This document shows, one piece after another, positions 27,268 to 40,687 of a stretch of 64,000 nucleotides of DNA. The notes beneath the pieces were generated by a model, which was not told the origin of the DNA, searched no databases, and worked only from the letters and a program-made list of their open reading frames with translations. Position 1 is the stretch's first letter. Every line of letters begins with the position of its first letter. The stretch comes from Octopus sinensis (taxonomy: Eukaryota). The DNA lies in contig NC_042999.1 of NCBI RefSeq assembly GCF_006345805.1, positions 152,520,001 through 152,584,000 on the forward strand, given 5' to 3'. Made by a program: the position numbers and the translations under genes.

Positions 27268-27633
27268 TGTGTGCGTGTGTAAAAGTATATATGTAAATGT
27301 ATGTATGAAAATGTGCTGATTTTCAAAACGGTAAAAGTGTAAACAACAAATTAAAATGTTTTCAACCGTTTTTCTTATAAGATTAACAAAGTTGAGCTTC
27401 ACCCGAGGCGTCAAGAGCCGCTTATGAGAACCAAGGTGGCCTACAACAAAGTTCGAAATCGCTATACGGCTATATACGCTATGGACTTACCTCCATGTGT
27501 CAGTCATTAAGTATAGTGCTTTAGTGGCTTTGAAGCTAATTTAATATTTCTTTTAGCGTCAGCAGTGCAAGTCTCTATCCGCCGTCACTTTTGGTTCTCA
27601 TTGCTAATAAGCCACCCTTTTAATTTGTTGCAT

Positions 27634-27852
27634 ACTCTTACTTTTTTACTTGTTTCAGTCATTTGACTGCGGCCATGCTGGAGCACCGCCTTTAATCGAG
27701 CAACTTGACACCGGGACTTATTCTTTGTAAGCCCAGTACTTATTCTATCGGTCTCTTTTGCCGAACCGCTAAGTGACGGGGACGTAAACACACCAGCGTC
27801 GGTTGTCAAGCAATGCTAGGGGGACAAACACACAAACACACACACACACACA

Positions 27853-27908
<56 letters not shown>

Positions 27909-28072
27909 GACAGGCTTCTTTCAGTTTCCGTCTACCAAATCCACTCACAAGGCATTGGTCGGCCCGGGGCTATAGCAGAAGACACTTGCCCAAGATGCCA
28001 CGCAGTGGGAGTGAACCCGGAATCATGTGGTTGGTTAGCAAGCTACTTACCACACAGCCATTCCTGCGCCTA
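27634..28072 (-). mobile_element. SINE family A, full length
   Basis: Reverse complement of the complete family A structure. Confidence 0.88.
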
Positions 28073-29548
28073 TCTCTTATTATAAAAGGCAGATTTTATC
28101 TGCCTCCCTTTGTCACTTATAGAAATCTACAATATAGGATTTCTTCAATTACAATTTACCGAGCATTTTTAAGAGTAGAATGCATCGGGTCATGCCAGGT
28201 CCAGTTTTTAAAATTTAAACTCCAATTAAGCAAAATTTACAGAAAACTCACATTCTGGTGTGTATGTCAAATGCTTTTCTTAGTCTGGTTTACAGCACAC
28301 GCAAACGCACACACACAGTGTGCAACGAATAAAATGAAACTAATTCACTGTGTGTGTGTTGACAGGTAGACAATAGAATGCGATGGCGATGTAATATTTG
28401 TTTCTGTCTATCACGCTGATAGATACATGAGTAAAATGTATGGCAAGCTAAGAGATAAGAGTGAGTGAAAATGTTCTTGGAAGAGAGTAAATAGCGACAG
28501 AGTGATTTGAGGAAGACTAAACTGAAAGTATTTCTATAAAACGGATCACGCATGCTATCAACATAATTTCTCCCACTTTCTCTTTGCAAGTGTACCTTAA
28601 ACCACTACTCAAAAAATAAAAAAACACAGCAAACAGAAACAAATAAATGCATAACGATTTACTCCTCACACAATTTCTTCAATTAGAGTTTGCCTAAGAT
28701 TTTTCAAAGTACTCCATTCGGTCATGCCATAACAAATTTCTTTCAATTTCACCCCCAATTAAGACAAAATTCGAGAAAACTCAATATTTTAACATTTCAC
28801 TCCGAAAGCATTGATGTACATGTGTGCGTGCGTGAGTGTGTGTGTGTGTGTGTGTGTGTTTGATGGGTTGTGCGACACAGAAAGTGTGGTGTGTAAGTGA
28901 AGTGCTTTTGTTAGTGTGTGTAAAGAGACAGACAGAGTGAAAGACAGAAATAACTGAACTTTTTTATTCACTTTTTGTAGTGAGTGACTGAGAGAGAAAA
29001 GAGAGAGAGAGGTTATGTATGTATATATGTATGTATGGCTTCAGTGACACACACACACAAAAACACATACCTACGTACACCTAAAGCACGCACACACACA
29101 CACACACACACAAGCGGAGCGCGAACTTCAGAATTTGGTAGTATTAATTTGCGAGCGTACTTCTAAGCGCGCGTAATTGAAAGTTTTCACTATGATATCA
29201 TCAGTGCGAAAAAATTCGAAGGTTTTGAACAATTGAGATACAGATGTCACGCCTGTATTGAAACCATTGCTAAGCTGCCGTAATTGCTTAATTAAGACTT
29301 TGTTTAAATTGAAAGGGGCAAATATGTGACGAGGTTGAAAAAAAAATACCCCAGAAAAAAAATGTACTGCTGGTATTTATATAATTCACTACTATTTGCT
29401 ACAATGTCATGAAAAAGAAAAAAAATTAGGTATGTACAACATATATTATACATTTTTTATATTCATTCAACGAAAATAAAAAAATCGAATTCGCCACCCC
29501 CTTTTCCCCGTTCGCGTTTGTGTAAAAAAAATTATTATTTAAGTTTTA

Positions 29549-29906
29549 TCTCTATATAAAGCTAAAGTTGTCTGTGTGCGCCACGTTTGGTAACCTTCAA
29601 CTAACACTATCTCCTCCGTGACCCTGCGGCGCAAGTTGACCAAAATTGAGAGTATGATAGAAGAAGGGTGGCTCTTCCTTCCGTAGAACATAAAATTCAA
29701 ATCGGACCATGTTAACACCAAAAATTATTTACATCAAAAAGATGCTTTTTTCTATGAAAATCCCTATTTTTTACGATTTTTTCACTGCTGTGTCGCCACT
29801 TTTCGGTGTATTTCGACCAGAAAAATGTTCACAAAATTTTTACTTTTCAACATTACAATTCCAGCGGGTCGAAACAAACCCGAGCAACGCCGGGCGATAC
29901 TGCTAG
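29549..29906 (+). mobile_element. Non-autonomous Helitron-like element 1
   Basis: A|TC start, CTAG|T end, GC hairpin CCCGAGCAACGCCGGG at 29879-29894 (12 nt from the end), no TSD. Confidence 0.75.
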
Positions 29907-29953
<47 letters not shown>

Positions 29954-29975
29954 TATATATATTATATATATATAT

Positions 29976-30289
29976 ATCACCGTGATCACCGTGACCGACC
30001 AGGCAATCAGATGTTGCTACACATCGCTGGTCACAATGCGCTTCGCATCGTTTTTTAGCCTTTAAACGACGCCACCCCGCTGGCTGAGCGAGCAGGCCAA
30101 CAGCAGAAAGAGTGACAGAATGCTGCGGCGAAAGAGTACACCAGGGATCGCCACCACCTCCTGCCGGAGCCTCGTGGAGCTTTAGGTGTTTTTGCTCAAT
30201 AAACACTCACAACGCCCGGTCTGGGAACCGAAACCGCGATCCTACGACCACGAGTCCGCTGCCCTAACCACTGGGCTATTGCGCCTCCA
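29976..30289 (-). mobile_element. SINE family D (tail type 2)
   Basis: Same head and central domain as 44102-44290 but a different tail ending GTGATCAC(G)GTGAT at (TA)n. Tail-only copies lie at 50912-51023 (-) and 45023-45127 (+). Confidence 0.85.
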
Positions 30290-30300
30290 CACACACACAA

Positions 30301-30332
<32 letters not shown>

Positions 30333-30458
30333 GTATATATATGTATGTATGCGAGAGTACTGTACACATACATATCTGTACCCACTGTTTGTGTACGTGT
30401 ATTTTACGCGTGTTTATGTGTATGTATTTTTAAATATATACATATGTGTGTGTGAGTG

Positions 30459-30660
30459 TTCTTTTATTCTTTTACTTGTTTCAGACATTTGACTGCGGCC
30501 ATGCTGAAGCACCGCCTTTAGTCAAGCAAATCGAGCCCAGAACTTATTCTTTGTAAGCCTAGTACTTATTCTATCGGTGTCTTTTGCCGAACCGCTAAGT
30601 TACGGCGACGTCAACACACCAGCATCAGATATCAAGCGGTGGTGGGAGGATAAACACAAA
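30459..30660 (-). mobile_element. SINE family A, 3' half
   Basis: Reverse complement of the 3' half. Confidence 0.8.
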
Positions 30661-30876
30661 TACACACACACACATGGTTACACAAACACACACACGCACG
30701 CAGGCACTCACAAACACACACACACACATATATACACACATATATCAGCCGAAATTGCGAAGATGATCTGGTTCTTGACTGAAGATTGAAGGCTTCGAAT
30801 TTCCCGTCTGTGTTTTTTTGTGTCGTCTTCTAAATGTTTCACGATCTTGTCCCAGTTTGTATATTTTTTTACTTTT

Positions 30877-30966
<90 letters not shown>

Positions 30967-31476
30967 GCATGATCGTGTTGTCGGCGACTAAACTGGCGGC
31001 CCCATCAAGCTTGCTTTGGTGAGGAGGGTGATTGTTCGACTCCCTGCAAGACGGAAAAGGCGACCTGTAAGAGGGCAGATTAGCTCATGAGCACTCTCAA
31101 CAGCCATCCACCAATACATGTACATGTGTATATATCCATGTATGTATGTGCATGGAACGTTGTAATACCTGGGTCAGTGTCCAGGCGTGAGGTTGGGCCA
31201 CAGGGAGTGGGATACCCTTCTATTGTTGTCACAACATCTCTCTATGGGAGGGAAGCTCAGAGAAAATCTGCGATACTGACAATATTCAATGATGTAGAAT
31301 AGTTCTTCTTTTCGATCTTATGCTGTCCATGTTTAGAGAGTGGAAGTGGATTTGTGCGAATCCTTTCCACCACCAAAAATGAAAAATAAAATCTATCACA
31401 AAAATAGCCTTCGCATTTGAGGAGTTTTCAATCAGGCTATAGCAATACTGGAACATGAGCTTGCAGCCATTATATA

Positions 31477-31877
31477 TCTTTATATATAAAAGTGAAGTTG
31501 TGTGTCTGTCTCCTACGATTTAGTTTCCTAACTACTCTCACATTTTGCGGTGCAGTTTAACCAAAACCGGGTATCTTATAGTCGTGATTCATATCGAGCC
31601 CTTCAGGGTATTAGCGCGCGTCTACGATGAGTCTACGATTAAAAAAAAAATTTACCATCATTTTTTCCATTTTAATGCATTTTTTTCGCTATTATATAAG
31701 GGAAGTAACTCTCTAAAAATGTATACGATGAGTCAATGATTTAAAAAAAAAATTTACCATCATTTTTTTTTCATTTTTTAATGCATTTTTTTTGCTATTT
31801 TTTGGCTATAACTCTCTAAAAATGCTTATATAGTTATTTCCCTTACAAACCCGAGCAACGCCGGGCGATACTGCTAG
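31477..31877 (+). mobile_element. Non-autonomous Helitron-like element 2
   Basis: A|TC start, CTAG|T end, terminal 33 bp identical to element 1, internal tandem duplication of about 105 bp. Confidence 0.75.
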
Positions 31878-31944
31878 TATATATATGTGTGTGTGTGTGC
31901 GTGTGTGTGTGTGTGGTGTGTGTGTGTGTGTGTGTGTGTGTGCA

Positions 31945-32116
31945 TAGGCGCAGGAGTGGCTGTGTGGAAAGTAGCTTGCTTACCAACTACATTGCTCCGG
32001 GTTCAGTCTCACTGCGTGGCACCTTGGGCAGATGTCTTCTACTATAGCCTCGGGCCGATCCTTGTGAGTGGATTTGTTAGACGGAAACTGAAACAAGCCC
32101 GTCGTATATATGTATG

Positions 32117-32149
<33 letters not shown>

Positions 32150-32388
32150 ATGTGTATGTGTGTGTATGTGTGTGTGTTTGTGTGTCAGTGTTTGTCCCAC
32201 CAACATCACTTGACAACCGATGCTGGTGTGTTTACGTCTCCGTAACTTAGCGGTTCTGCAAAAGAAACTGATAGAATAAGTTCTAGGGTTACAAAGAATA
32301 AGTCGTGGGGTCGATTTGCTCGACTAAAGGCGGTGCTCCAGCATGGCCGCAGTCAAATGACTGAAACAAGTAAAAGAATAAAAGAATA
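31945..32388 (+). mobile_element. SINE family A, full length
   Basis: Complete structure starting TAGGCGCAGGAGTGGCTGTGTGG. Confidence 0.88.
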
Positions 32389-32857
32389 TGTGTGTGTGTG
32401 GTTGTCTGTTTATGTGTGAGAGTGTCAACGAATTTTGTGTAATGCCTTAGTGTTTTACTTCTTAGGAAATTTATCCGTTCAATATGTTATAAATTTTCTA
32501 GTCGTAACTTGTATTTTTTAATAAACATATTTTCAATATTTGATCTTACTTGACCTATGGTTTCGTCTGAAAGAAATTAGGTTTCTTATAAAATACCGCA
32601 ATATAAATAAACATATATCATCGCACAGTGTGTATACGTTGAATCATTATTCTTGTTTATTTATTCCACAAACACTGTGGTCGTAGCCTTGATTAATTTT
32701 TAATTAGTCGTACAGAAATGTTAGTGAATAAATGCTTTGATTCAACGAATTAAGATGTCACTTCTGAGGATCATGTGTGTTTAGTTACTATATACGCCAG
32801 CACACATATAGATACATACAAAAATACATAAGTACATACACAAAAACATTCATATCC

Positions 32858-32918
<61 letters not shown>

Positions 32919-35120
32919 AGAGGTTGGCGCTTATCATCGAGAAACTGGTCGACAAGGCACAAACGTGCGCCGTGCCGGGCCGGAGCATCCATGACAACCT
33001 CCATCTGATGCGCTACATCATAGACAGAGTAGTTAAGGAACCTGGCATGGGTGGGGCCCTGATCAATTTGGATCAATCGAAAGCCTTCGATAGGGTAGAC
33101 CATCGATACTTGGAGGCAGTCTTGAGAGCTGCTGGTTTCGGCCCCGACTTCCGCGGCTGGATAGCTGCCTTGTACAGAGGCATCCGTTCGGTAGTTCGCG
33201 TAAATGGACATCTATCGAGACCTTTCGACATTGCACGTTCGGTCCGTCAGGGATGACCCCTCTCGTCGCTTCTATACGTATTGACTTTCGAGCCACTACT
33301 GCGGAAGCTGGCGACTCTGAGGGGCATCCCGCGAGAATTGGGATGCGGGACAAGCGTGTCTGCATACGCGGACGACGTCACCGTCATAGTGTCAAGCCAC
33401 GAGCACATCGAGCTGGTCGGCGAGACACTGAAAGACTACGAAGCGGTGACAGGAGCAAAAATCAACCGGGAAAAGTCAGTGGGCTTGCGGCTCGGCACTT
33501 GGAGAAGCAAGCCCATGCCGTCCACCAGTGCCTCCGTCGTGGGACGCAGGACGGACGGCCCGGTTGAGTTGCTCGGGGTCTGGTTCGGTCCGGAACTCCA
33601 AATGGAGAAGAACTGGAACGAGATAACGAGTAGGGTGGTCACTCTCGCCCGGCAATGGGCCGAGAGGAAACTGTCCCTAAAAGGTCTGGCGGAGGTGGCG
33701 ACCACGTACATCGCGTCCATCATCTACTACCGCCTGACCGTCGTACCTTGTTCCGACCCTACCATCACCAAACTAGAACGCATTCTCTTCCGCTTCTTGT
33801 GGAAAGGATGCGTCCCGATGGTCAGGCGATCCATTTGCTGTCAACACCCGTTAAAAGGAGGGCTGGGCATGCCGTGGTTGATGATGCGCAGACACGCGCT
33901 GAGACTGCGACATCTCCGGCTCTATGTAGACGACGGTGAACAGGTGTGGTCGCCGTTTGTGAGGCATGCGTTCCCGCAGCTCGTCTCCATGACCGAACTG
34001 CAGTTGTGGATCAAAAAGAGGCCGAGGAAGGGCGAATGGCACCGCGAGTGTCGCGTTGCTCTCAAGCAACTCTACCATCCCGGGTCGACCTTGAGTGACT
34101 TCAACACAACCAAAGCATTCTATAGGGGATTAGTGGAGGGGAGGTACGACGACGAGCTTGGGGCAAACCTGGGCGTCGACGAGGAATAGCTGACCCGCCT
34201 GTTCGAAACGAGACCTATGGGCCGAGACCTATGGACAACTTCCAGGGATCCCTGGCCTGGCGGTGCTACCGAGAAGCGCTACCCGTTCGGGATAAGCTCT
34301 ATAGGCATGGCTCGAGAAACACGGGGCCGACCTGCCCGAGATGCGGGCAGAGCGACGAAACCGTTCTGCACGCAATCGTGCAGTGTCTAACAATCTCCGA
34401 CCTGTGGGCTTATGTCGAACGACTGCTGTCACGTGTGGGACGTGTCGGTTTATCAGCCGAGTCTATCGTTAATATCGTCACACCTCCTTCCTTCAAACGA
34501 GAAGGAAGAGCTATTTTTATCATACTTGTGGCTATGGCGAAAGAATGTATCTGGTGGATGCGCCTGAAAGGATTAGAGACAAACACTTTCCTCTCTGGTC
34601 AATCTCTCATCAACTTCTTGAAGTATCACTTGAAGAGGAAAGTGAAAGTAGAGAGGCAAGTTTTGTCTAGTGAATGTTTTAAAAAAACGATGGGTGAATG
34701 TAGCAAGGATGGCACGTATGAATGACGAAGCCACCTTGACTATGATCCTATGAACCGTAAAAAATTAATACAGAGAGTTGCTTATTTGTAAAAAAAAAAA
34801 ATAATAACATGTAACTTCATTGACCGAGGTTACCGTGGTCTTTCCGTAAGGCTTTTTATTCCACGGGTGTAAACCTCACCTGTCCCTCCCCCTTACACTT
34901 TATATTGACATTTTCTGTGATAACGATCCCTATGATCAATTTTTTTTTCCTTCCCTTTTTAAAAAAAATGTTATATCCACCCCAGTTTGTGTCTCTTTCT
35001 TTCCTTTTACGATCCCTTTTGATCGAAAACCAAACCCCTTTTTTACCAAAAAGAAAAGAAAAGCTCTACCTTTGTAATTTGTCCTGTCTGTGTGCAGCCC
35101 TGTGTGGCTAATAAAGAAAC
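32919..35120 (+). mobile_element. 5'-truncated L1/Tx1-clade non-LTR retrotransposon embedded in (TCTA)n
   Basis: RT motifs LDQSKAFDRVDH, RQG*PLS and YADD, then a C-terminal CPRC..ETVLH..C zinc motif. A 3' UTR ends AATAAAGAAAC. (TCTA)n lies at about 32855-32918 and 35123-35312. Confidence 0.93.
32921..34725 (+). pseudogene. Disrupted ORF2 (reverse transcriptase plus C-terminal CCHC region) of the Tx1-like LINE
   Basis: Track ORFs 32777-33256 and 33281-34189 share a frame, separated by TGA at 33254-33256 where QGCPLS is expected. TAG at 34187-34189 and a frameshift near a duplicated GAGACCTATGG precede ORF 34231-34725. Confidence 0.9.
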
Positions 35121-35157
35121 ATATCTATCTATCTTTCTTCATCTATTATCTATCTAC

Positions 35158-35191
<34 letters not shown>

Positions 35192-35251
35192 TATCTATCT
35201 ATCTATCCCACCCATCTATCTATCTATCTATCTATCTATCTACTATCTATA

Positions 35252-35307
<56 letters not shown>

Positions 35308-35382
35308 CATCCATTATGTAACGGGGTGGGGGACAATCACTTGGAAGCACTGTATAACCACTTAATAAAGAACTCAAAGATT

Positions 35383-35538
35383 TAGGAGTGGCTGTGTGGT
35401 AAGTAGCTTGCTACGAACCACATGGTTCCGGGTTCAGTCCCACTGCGTGACAACTTGGGCAAGGTCTTTACTATAGCCTCGGGCCAACCAAAGCCTCGTG
35501 AGTGAATTTGGTTGACGGAAACTGAAAGAAGCCCGTCG

Positions 35539-35571
<33 letters not shown>

Positions 35572-35841
35572 TTATATAATATATATATAATATGTGTGTA
35601 TGTTTGTGTATATGTTTGTGTGTCTGTGTTTGCCCCCCCCCACCAACATCGCTTGACAACCGATGCCGGTGTGTTTTCGTCCCCGTAACTTTGCGGTTCG
35701 GCTTAAGTGGCCGATAGAATAAGTACTAGGCTTACAAAGAATAAGTCCTAGGTCGATTTGCTCGACTAAAGGCGGCGCTCCAGCAAGGCCGCAGTCGAAT
35801 GACTGAAACATGTAAAAGAGTAAAAAGAGAAAAAGAGAATA
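35383..35841 (+). mobile_element. SINE family A, full length
   Basis: Complete structure. Confidence 0.88.
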
Positions 35842-36183
35842 TGACCATGTCGAGGAGTGAGGTGAAACAAAACATATGTTGACCAAGTTACGATGCCGGA
35901 TTAATTAACAACCCTTGTTCAGGGACATTTTGAGCAGGATAGGTTACTCGACCCGAAGAAAATTCTAACTGGGCCCCACCTGCAAGGTCTTGCGCTGTTT
36001 ATCTTTATATAAGATCACTATGGAGGGAGAGAGGCCAGTCGATTATATACTGCTCTATAACTGAGTGTTCTTTTTGGGATTCATGTCTTACCGACGATAT
36101 ATATATATTATACATACATACATACAAACATACATACATATATACATACATACATACATATATATCTATATATATTATATATT

Positions 36184-36219
<36 letters not shown>

Positions 36220-36364
36220 CATATATATACATACATAATACTATATATATATATATAATATATACATACATATATATATATACATATATATATATTGGTT
36301 GATAAAACGGAAGGTAAGAAACAAAAGAAAGAAAGAGACCTCAATATTATGTGAATAGAGGAAA

Positions 36365-36435
36365 TTATCTATACAATAATATGTTACATTACTCGACTAT
36401 CGAGTAATGTATGTAACATATTATTGTATAGATAA
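36365..36435. repeat. Near-perfect palindrome
   Basis: Perfect 25-bp arms at 36365-36389 and 36411-36435, plus an inner 11-bp stem 36386-36396 / 36400-36410. Confidence 0.92.
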
Positions 36436-36712
36436 CATATATATATATATATATATAATATATATATATTATATATATATATATATATTTATACATATAT
36501 ATATTATATATATATATATATATCATATATATATATTGTACATATATATCTATAGTCGCCTTAGTCGAATGACACCTTAGCTCCTTGTCGGAGTTTCATT
36601 ATGGCAACCAAATAATTGTCACATATTATTTTACGATATAAAGTCTTCTACTTACATAATGTCAGGTCTCATTCATTCTTTTGTTGTTATACTATTACTA
36701 TTAATATATATA

Positions 36713-37134
36713 TAGGCGCAGGAGTGGGTGTGTGGTAAGTAGCATCCTTACCAACCACATGGTTTCGAGTTCAGTCTCACTGCGTGGCATCTTGGGCAAG
36801 TGTCTTCTACTATAGCCCCGGGCTGACCAATGCCTTGTTAGTGGATTTGGTAGACGGAAACTGAAAGAAGCCCGTCGTATATATGTATATATATATATTT
36901 GTGTGTGTGCATGTATGTTTGTGTGTCTGTGTTTGTCCCCCTAGCATTGCTTGACAACCGATGCTGGTGTGTTTACGTCCCCGTCACTTAGCGGTTCGGC
37001 GAAAGAGACCGACAGAATAAGTACTGGGCTTACAAAGAATAAGTCCCGGGGTCGATTTGCTCGACTAAAGGCGGTGCTCCAGCATGGCCGCGGTCAAATG
37101 ACTGAAACAAGTAAAATAGTAAATAGTAAAATAG

Positions 37135-37135
<1 letters not shown>
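36713..37135 (+). mobile_element. SINE family A, full length
   Basis: Complete structure. Confidence 0.88.
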
Positions 37136-37165
<30 letters not shown>

Positions 37166-37219
37166 TTGCGCGCGCGCGCGTGTGTGTATGTATGTATAGC
37201 TGTGTAGGGTCTGTTTACG

Positions 37220-37251
<32 letters not shown>

Positions 37252-38282
37252 ATGGTGATTATTAAGAATATCGCAGTGTGTGATATTTGTATAATACACG
37301 AGTATTTTACCGTATCTCGATGTAAATATATATTTAAAAACAGATTTATTTAAAATCAGTCGTATTTAATCCTTCCTTCTTTAATTTGAAATTGTTTCCT
37401 TGCTGAGATGTAAACAAGACTTAGATTAACCAGTTCTTAACCATGTAAACATTTCTGAAAATATTAAAACATCATTATGAAGGAGAAAATTTTATAAAAT
37501 TCCAGAAATACACAAATTACAAGAAAAAAAATAAATAGATAAAAGAGAAACGGAAATTACGTACAATATGATAACGAAAACATGGTAAAATTTGAAATTC
37601 TAATAACTATTAGAGAACTATATACGAAACGTAATTCTGTTTGTTTAAGTTAAACAAAAATTATTTTGAGGAATACAAATGAAATAGCCAGTATTTCAAA
37701 GTCAAAAGCATAATAATGCAAAATACTTATTTTCCATTGTAATTAGTCGTTGATGTGAAATTTTTCCTACGAGGATTCGAAATACGGTCATATGACTCAG
37801 TTTTACCCAATAACGATATATATATAAGCTGACAATTACGTAATTAAGCATAAAAGTCTTGAGCAAGAAGCGTTAAGATTTTTGCCTGAGGATACAAAAT
37901 ATCTCCTGCGGGCAACATAAGAATTGGAAACCCTTCGGCTACTTCGCTCAACGACAGCTGGAAATGCAAATAGATTCACAGAAATTAATTTAAAATGTAA
38001 AAAAAACCAAAAAAAACATTAAAAATGTTGTTTTGTTGTATTTTCGAATCGTCTGACGTACACAAGATGGCGGTTATATTGAATATTTCAAATGTATGGT
38101 TTCAGTCCATTTCTCATGAATACACTTAGTATATTTATTTGCTTTATTCTAACATATTTTATTTACTTTTGGGAACAACTTGAATCTGTTCATTGGTTGT
38201 ATTTTGTTTTCATTTTTGTTTTCATTTTTAATATTTAACCTAAGAACAAGTAGGATATATTACTACTACTACTACTACTGCA

Positions 38283-38325
<43 letters not shown>

Positions 38326-38348
38326 CTACTACTACTACTACTACTACA

Positions 38349-38403
<55 letters not shown>

Positions 38404-38406
38404 ATA

Positions 38407-38628
38407 ATAATGGTTTCAAATTTTGTCAGAAAGACAGTAATTTCGCGGGGTAGGGGTGTACGTGGATTTCATCGAGCTCCAGTGCGCAATTGGTACTTAT
38501 TTTACCGACCCACGAATGGATGAAAGACAATGTCGACTCGGCAGCATTTGATCCAGAATGTAATGTCGGAAGAAATGTCGCTAAGCCTTTCGCCCTTGTG
38601 TTTAAGATTCTGCCAGCTCGCCGTCTTC
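38407..38628 (-). mobile_element. SINE family B, diverged
   Basis: Reverse-complement homology. Confidence 0.72.
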
Positions 38629-38916
38629 AATGATTTAAGTATAATATTGAGACGAATTTCTTCGTTATTTTTGCAACGAATCAGTGTTTAGGATTGTTTA
38701 GGCAATCTCTGAGAAGTGATAATCCAGTTTATAATGTCTTCGAACATTTTGTCTGTTTTCTCTTCATTTGGTTAGGAAGGCATAAATCTGAACTTGTAAC
38801 CTGGATAGAGTAGCTGCATATTTCACAATAGTTCAGTGTAGGTATTCTCTTTTCACTGATCTTCAGCTTTATGTTAACATCCGCTGGGCAGCTGATTTCT
38901 ACAACTGACATACAAA

Positions 38917-38964
<48 letters not shown>

Positions 38965-38996
38965 AAAACACACACACACACACACATACACATAAA

Positions 38997-39156
38997 TACG
39001 ACAGGCTTTTTTCAGTTTCCATCTACCAAATCCACTCATAAGGCTTTGGTTGGCCCGAGGCTATAGTAGAAGACACCTGCCCAAGGTGCCACGCAGTGGA
39101 CTGAACCCGGAACCATGTTGTTGGTAAGTAAGCTACTTTCCACACAGCTACTCCTG
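38997..39156 (-). mobile_element. SINE family A, 5' half
   Basis: Reverse complement of the head and body, adjoining (CA)n. Confidence 0.8.
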
Positions 39157-39379
39157 TTTCTTATAAAAGAATTACATTAAAGCATCCATCCATCCATTCA
39201 TATATCCATCCACCCCTCTCTGGATCGCTCCCACCCCTCCCTTAGGAAAAACAGTAAAATTATGAAAGATTTTGCTCAAGTTTAAAATGTTTTCGTTATA
39301 TACATTCAAAAGATCGAGTTTCGTATTTTTATTAGAAACCAGCTCCTTCTTGAGAGGAATAATGTCCATGATTAAAAAG

Positions 39380-39705
39380 AGAGGATACATACATACATAT
39401 ATACATACATACATACATGCATAGATGCATACATACATACATAAATACATACATACATACATGCATACATGCATACATACATGCATGCATACATACATAC
39501 ATACATGCATACATGCATACATACATACATACATGCATGCATACATACATACATACATACATATATACATGCATGCATACATAGGTACATGCATATATCT
39601 AGAGAGAAATTGATAGATTACATAGAGAAAAATAGATAGACAGACGGATAGATGGATAGATAGATAGATAAATAGATAGACAGACAGAGAGACAGACAGA
39701 CAGAC

Positions 39706-39793
<88 letters not shown>

Positions 39794-39823
39794 GGACGGT
39801 CGGACGGATGGATAGATAGATAA

Positions 39824-39896
<73 letters not shown>

Positions 39897-39925
39897 GATA
39901 TGGATAGATAGATAGATAGATAGAT

Positions 39926-39982
<57 letters not shown>

Positions 39983-40005
39983 TGAGATGGATAGATAGAT
40001 GATAG
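39380..40005. repeat. Compound (ATAC/ATGC)n plus (AGAT/AGAC)n microsatellite
   Basis: Direct reading. Confidence 0.95.
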
Positions 40006-40385
40006 AGAAACAGATAAAATTGTGTATTTGTGAAGGAGCATGCGTATGCAATAAATATTTTTAAAGGAGGAAAGATAAAGAGGGGGATAAGGTGAAACCA
40101 GTGTGTTTTGTATGTAAGATGTGTGCGTGTGTGTGTGCGCGCATGTGAAGGAGAAAGACGGGAAAAATAGAAAATTATGACTAAGTATTCAAGGTAAGCA
40201 AGTGTAAGAGTATATATATATATACTCTTTATGAATATATATATATGTGTGTGTGTACGTAAATAGATTTATGCATATATATATATATATGTATATACAT
40301 ATATTAATGTATATATGCATACATGCCTGCTTACATACAAATATATATACATACATGCGTACATACATGCAGTGAGTGAGACAGG

Positions 40386-40470
<85 letters not shown>

Positions 40471-40638
40471 TGGAAAATAGTTACGGCGTGTGTGATAGGT
40501 TTATCTATAGGAAACTGACCCTGTTTAAGGCCCTAGCAAAACAGGAAAATAAAGGATGACTTGAACCTATGGCTGATACATAAAAGTAAGCTCAAAAGCT
40601 ATCTTGAAGAACAAAGGATGCAGTTTTTAAAAGAGAGC

Positions 40639-40687
<49 letters not shown>

